From the NCBI GenBank assembly GCA_934099115.1, contig CAKOPK010000006.1, forward strand, positions 372 to 64,371: a stretch of DNA of 64,000 nucleotides, written 5' to 3'. Both the position numbers and the translations under genes were made by a program. Positions within the stretch are counted from its first letter, which is position 1, and each line of letters begins with the position of its first letter. Below the pieces are notes generated by a model, which saw nothing but the letters and a program-made list of their open reading frames with translations, had not been told where the DNA came from and did no database searches. This stretch comes from an uncultured Bacilli bacterium (GTDB lineage: Bacteria > Bacillota_I > Bacilli_A > RF39 > UBA660). Positions 60,193-64,000 of the stretch are shown here, piece after piece.

Positions 60193-60465
60193 TTAAGATA
60201 ATTTAAAAGGTTCTATTTCATATTCAATTGAATGAGCATATTCATGTTCATTTAATTTAAATAAAACATATTGATAAGCTTTTTCTAAACATATAATCGG
60301 TGTTAAATTATTTGTCTTATATTCACTAGATCGCATAATATAAGAAAATAAAAGATTATAATTATCGGGATTAACTAATATAAAATCAATAACCTCCTTT
60401 TGTTTATACTTATCTTGATAATCATAATTCATTAATAAATAAAATATATCTTTTTTTAAATCCAT
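60193..60465 (-). CDS. Hypothetical protein
   Basis: A 90-aa ORF directly downstream of the sigK 3' segment. No recognisable domain. Confidence 0.45.
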   Translation of the reverse strand: MDLKKDIFYLLMNYDYQDKYKQKEVIDFILVNPDNYNLLFSYIMRSSEYKTNNLTPIICLEKAYQYVLFKLNEHEYAHSIEYEIEPFKLS

Positions 60466-60473
60466 AAATCCCC

Positions 60474-60857
60474 CTATAAACTTTGATTATGTTTAATAAA
60501 TTCTCTTAATACTTTAGTAAGAGCTCTTTTCTCTATTCTAGAAACATAGCTTCTGGATATATGTAAGTTCTTAGCAATCTCTTTTTGTGTTTGTTCTTCT
60601 TCATTTAATAAGCCATATCTTTTTACTAATATTTCTTTTTCTCTACTAGTAAGAACTTTCAAATATTCTTTTAATCTTCCAATATTTTCCTGATTATGAA
60701 TTAAATCAGAAACATCTAATCCATCATCTTTAATAACTTCCATCAAACTAATCTCATTACCATCTTTATCATAACCAATAGAATCATTTAAACTAACGGT
60801 AATTCCACTTTTCTTATTACTACGAAAATACATCAAAATTTCATTTGCAATTGTCAC
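60474..60857 (-). CDS. sigK: 3' segment of split sigK (spoIIIC equivalent): sigma-K regions 3-4 only
   Basis: ...IANEILMYFRSNKKSGITVSLNDSIGYDKDGNEISLMEVIK...SREKEILVKRYGL...EQTQKEIAKNLHISRSYVSRIEKRALTKVLREF aligns, from memory, with B. subtilis SigK from ...CIENEILMHLRALKK to the C-terminus. An in-frame TAG lies immediately upstream. There is no RBS and no region 1-2. Confidence 0.85.
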   Translation of the reverse strand: MTIANEILMYFRSNKKSGITVSLNDSIGYDKDGNEISLMEVIKDDGLDVSDLIHNQENIGRLKEYLKVLTSREKEILVKRYGLLNEEEQTQKEIAKNLHISRSYVSRIEKRALTKVLREFIKHNQSL

Positions 60858-62526
60858 CTAATGGAAACTCAGTCATCTTAGCAGATTCTCTTGTTCCAGT
60901 AAGATTAAGTATCAAGTTTTCACCATCACTGTATGCAGATGATATTACTAATTTTATAAGCGTCCTTTTTTGTAATAAATCTAATTTGTTAAATTTATTG
61001 AAATATGAGTCAATTATATCAAGAACTATTTTAGCGTTTTCTGTATCGTCAATAATTGATGTTTTATCAATATTTAATTTTTTTACTTGTTCTTCAAGTT
61101 CAACATTAGCACCTTTAAGTTTTTGTATTTCCTTTGCTAAATCTGGTACTATATTTGCAGGAACCATTTTAATTTTATCAATTAGTGAAGCAATGTCTTT
61201 TTCGTTGTTTTTAATTTTCTTAGTTAAAGTATATAATTCATTTGACTTGGTATCTAATTTATTTAATTTACCACTTGCTAGGTCTTTTAATGCTTGATAG
61301 TATTCTCCTTTTGGATTTGCTAAACTTTTAATTACTTCTACTACTTTTTTATCGGCTTTATTTCCATTAAGGTTTTTATGATCACATTTGGTTCTTCTAC
61401 TTTTATCTTTTAATTCACATAAGTAAGAGAATCTTAATTCACCATCAACTTCACTTTGATATAGTTTAGGTCTCATAAAACTACCACAGTAACTACATTT
61501 AAGGATTCCGGATAATAATGCATTATTAACGGCTGGTTTTCTAAATCTTTTATTAGCACCTGATGCAAGTAAATTTTGTACTTCAACGTATTCTTTGCCA
61601 GTCCAGAATCCTTTATGTTTTCCAATAGCAACAATCCATTCGGAAATGGGATTATCATTTCTTCCTTTTTTTGTTATTTGGTTTGTTTTATTATATACCA
61701 TTAATCCGAATTTTCCGTTGTAATCTTTTTTATCTCCAACTACTAATGCTCCTTTTTCGGTGAAATAATCATAAGCATCAGAATCAGCCATTGAATAAAC
61801 TGGATTAGATAATATATTAACTAATGACCATCTAGTGAATATTCTGCCATTTTTAGTTTTTATATTATTTTGAATAGTATATGTTTCAAGCCCAGTTTGT
61901 GATTTTATTTCTAAATATTTGTCTTTAAGTAGATTTACAATTAATTTTTCTTCTGGAAGTTCTTTTAATTTGAAAAGTTTCTTTTTTTTGCCATCAATGG
62001 ATAAATTTTGTACTTCTTGAGATTTAAATCCAGTAGGAGGAGTACCTCCAAGCCATCTTCCGGTTTTTGCAAGTTCCATCATATTGTCTCTTATTCTTTC
62101 GGCTATAGTATCTCTCTCAAGTTGTGCAAATACCGAACATATTAGCATCATTGCTTTTCCCATGGGTGAGGTAGTATCAAAATCTTCTCTTATTGAAACA
62201 AATCCAACATTAAATGCTTGTAATTCATTTATTAAATTACAAAAGTCGCCAACATTTCTACTAACTCTATCTAATCTGTAGCAAGTAACTGAAGCAACTT
62301 TGTTTTCTCTGATTAAGTTCATCATCTTTTGAAAATCAGGTCTATTTGTATTAGCACCTGTAAATCCTTCGTCTGTAAAAACTTTAATATCTTCCTCTTT
62401 CAAATCAGGATATTTAGCTAATAGTTTTTGTTTGCACAAATCAACTTGATTTTCAACACTTTCTCCTTTTCCGGTGTACTTTGATTTACGACTATAAATA
62501 ATATGCCATCTATTTAATTCTTTCAT
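60841..62526 (-). CDS. Large serine recombinase (SpoIVCA-like, presumed sigK-element excisionase/integrase)
   Basis: N-terminal resolvase domain (IIYSRKSKYTGKGESVENQ, VTCYRLDRVSRN), a recombinase domain, a zinc ribbon (CSYCGSF...C...C) and a coiled-coil tail. Its stop codon lies inside the sigK junction. Confidence 0.92.
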   Translation of the reverse strand: MKELNRWHIIYSRKSKYTGKGESVENQVDLCKQKLLAKYPDLKEEDIKVFTDEGFTGANTNRPDFQKMMNLIRENKVASVTCYRLDRVSRNVGDFCNLINELQAFNVGFVSIREDFDTTSPMGKAMMLICSVFAQLERDTIAERIRDNMMELAKTGRWLGGTPPTGFKSQEVQNLSIDGKKKKLFKLKELPEEKLIVNLLKDKYLEIKSQTGLETYTIQNNIKTKNGRIFTRWSLVNILSNPVYSMADSDAYDYFTEKGALVVGDKKDYNGKFGLMVYNKTNQITKKGRNDNPISEWIVAIGKHKGFWTGKEYVEVQNLLASGANKRFRKPAVNNALLSGILKCSYCGSFMRPKLYQSEVDGELRFSYLCELKDKSRRTKCDHKNLNGNKADKKVVEVIKSLANPKGEYYQALKDLASGKLNKLDTKSNELYTLTKKIKNNEKDIASLIDKIKMVPANIVPDLAKEIQKLKGANVELEEQVKKLNIDKTSIIDDTENAKIVLDIIDSYFNKFNKLDLLQKRTLIKLVISSAYSDGENLILNLTGTRESAKMTEFPLGDNCK

Positions 62527-62554
62527 TATTTTCCTCCCATAGATTTATAAATAG

Positions 62555-62583
62555 TATGTGATACAATAATAATATATCACATA
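62555..62583. promoter_or_regulatory. Inverted repeat in the recombinase promoter region
   Basis: Perfect 9-bp inverted repeat TATGTGATA-N11-TATCACATA, 29-57 bp upstream of the recombinase ATG. On the coding strand the proximal arm contains CATACTAT, which resembles mother-cell sigma (E/K) -10 boxes. Confidence 0.35.
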
Positions 62584-62704
62584 GTGTCTTTATTTGATGA
62601 TGAAATTAAAAACAAAATAAAAAATTAGAACCAACCTTGATTCTAATTTTTCTCTATGTTGTTAAATGCATTTGTTGGATAGAGAGATTTGGAAATTATA
62701 CTGA

Positions 62705-63127
62705 TACTCAAAAGAAAATTATTTAAATGGTTCTTTAGGCAACTTATTACCATTGTCATTAAGTATAAATTTCAAATTACAAAATTATTCTTTTGATGAT
62801 AAAAAACAAGGATTGGATAGAACTAGAGGATATGAAAATGGTTCTCATTCTGAAATGCAAGTTGCTAAATGTTTGGAATGGACACCAGAAGAGATTCTAA
62901 ATCGTGGGTTAACAATGATTTCTTTTATGGAAAAACGATATGATTTCATTATTCCTAATAAAGCAGAAAGAATCAAAATGCTTGGATTAGATTTTATGAT
63001 AAAAGATGATGATAATGAAATTGATGTTACTATTCCTGAAAATAAAGAAATTGAAAATTCATCATTAAGGGAAGTAATATATGATGAAAATCAATTTAAT
63101 AAAATATCAAAAAAACACAAATGCTGA
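62705..63127 (+). pseudogene. Remnant of a DUF1524/GmrSD-type (HNH) nuclease gene, C-terminal part only
   Basis: The frame opens after the TGA at 62702 and reads ...GSLGNLLPLSLSINFKLQNYSFDDKKQG...GYENGSHSEMQVAKCLEWTPEEILNRGLTMISFMEKRY. This matches the C-terminal LGNL.LL...N..L.N..F..K block of DUF1524 proteins (from memory). No N-terminal DUF262 part is present. Confidence 0.55.
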
Positions 63128-63261
63128 AATTATGAATGTTTATAATGAATTGGATAATTATGTTATGTCATTAAATAGTGATATAAAGAAAAACACTACT
63201 TTTTTCATAAATATCCCCGAATAAAGATTATGAACAAATACATTAAAATACTACTAAATTA

Positions 63262-63294
63262 TCAAAAGAAAAAGAATCATTATACAAATGATTC
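63262..63294 (-). terminator. Rho-independent terminator after the 216-aa ORF
   Basis: Stem GAATCATT / AATGATTC with a 5-nt loop, followed by TTTTTCTTTT on the minus strand. Confidence 0.6.
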
Positions 63295-63310
63295 CTTTAT
63301 AATACCAAAA

Positions 63311-63961
63311 TTATCTAGTTCTAACTAAAGTATTAGCTTTTCTTGAACTTGAAAGTGCGTAACAATACATATCGTTTTCTGTGACATAATCTTCAGAATA
63401 ATTATCATCATTAAAACCTTTTTTAAATTCCTTAAGTTCACTTATTTTTTGACTTATATCCTTATCATAAATACTACCAAATATGCCAACAGTTATATTT
63501 TGTCCCTTATTATGTAATTGTTCCCAATTTTTAATATAAGATATATCATAAGGATTTTGCGTAATAAATCTATTAATAAATGACGTATCAAGAAACTCTA
63601 AATTATTAACACCATTTTTATTTTTCACTACAACAGGTATTCCTTCATAAACAGTAAAAGCAGCTTTAATCAAATCTCCTTTTGCCTTATTTACTCCATC
63701 AGGATATGGTGTTATCATAGTCATATTTGAATCTAATGCTATAGAGTCAAACACACCTTTATCAACTTCTACAGTTTTACCATTAATTTTAGGATATACA
63801 TCCATATACTCAATAAAAGAATTATAATGATTTCTCAAATTTTTACGAGCTATAATCCACTCACTAAACTCTCTTATAAATTCTTCTGAATTAATGTCAA
63901 CATGATTTACACCTGTAGCACTTTTAAATTGTTCAATTAATTTACTTAAATATTCTCCCAT
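63311..63961 (-). CDS. Hypothetical protein (cargo of the sigK element)
   Basis: A 216-aa ORF with an RBS (GGGGG) and a terminator. No recognisable domain. Confidence 0.55.
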   Translation of the reverse strand: MGEYLSKLIEQFKSATGVNHVDINSEEFIREFSEWIIARKNLRNHYNSFIEYMDVYPKINGKTVEVDKGVFDSIALDSNMTMITPYPDGVNKAKGDLIKAAFTVYEGIPVVVKNKNGVNNLEFLDTSFINRFITQNPYDISYIKNWEQLHNKGQNITVGIFGSIYDKDISQKISELKEFKKGFNDDNYSEDYVTENDMYCYALSSSRKANTLVRTR

Positions 63962-64000
63962 ATATAAAACCCCCTAAATTTTAAATTAATATTAATTGAT

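Larger units (their letters stand above)
60844..64000 (-). mobile_element. sigK intervening (skin-like) element, one end only; it continues beyond the window
   Basis: The sigK homology stops abruptly at about 60845-60857, where the recombinase gene ends. The DNA beyond encodes the recombinase, a degraded restriction-type gene and unknown cargo. Confidence 0.75.

Overview
An AT-rich chromosomal segment from a low-GC, endospore-forming Firmicute (Clostridia/Erysipelotrichia-like; species not determinable from this window alone). Most genes lie on the minus strand and are ordinary core functions. These include tgt, a gerA-type germinant receptor operon, the rimP-nusA-ylxR-infB-rbfA-truB operon, phosphoketolase, proS, xseAB-nusB, recO, the mraZ-rsmH-ftsL-PBP2B division block, prsA, recX, a Y-family polymerase with YolD, metA and gltX. 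There are three tRNAs: Ser-GCU, Ala-UGC and Glu-CUC. Accessory content is concentrated in four places. (1) Positions 1-4917 are a mobile-element junkyard. It holds the 5' part of a group II intron with its RT/maturase, which is missing from the ORF track because it runs off the window. It also holds a TnpA-less IS605-family element (tnpB plus a hairpin-dense omega-RNA-like tail) and a truncated IS91-type transposase remnant. (2) Positions 26258-28143 carry two unrecognisable genes upstream of rpoZ, divergent from a double-HTH XRE regulator. (3) Positions 38754-42364 carry two paralogous 445-aa membrane-anchored proteins of unknown function, each divergent from an XRE regulator. This cassette sits between the ABC transporter and the two-component system of what looks like a Bce-type module, and it is my best candidate for an undescribed system. 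(4) From about 60845 to the window end there is a sigK-interrupting (skin-like) element. The 3' half of sigK abuts a large serine recombinase gene, followed by a decayed GmrSD/DUF1524 remnant and unknown cargo. Smaller oddities: a tRNA-Ala with C33, a membrane-protein gene split by one in-frame TAG, two unlisted YjcZ-like micro-ORFs, a short RimP, and phased 13-bp repeats. No CRISPR array, rRNA or riboswitch was seen.
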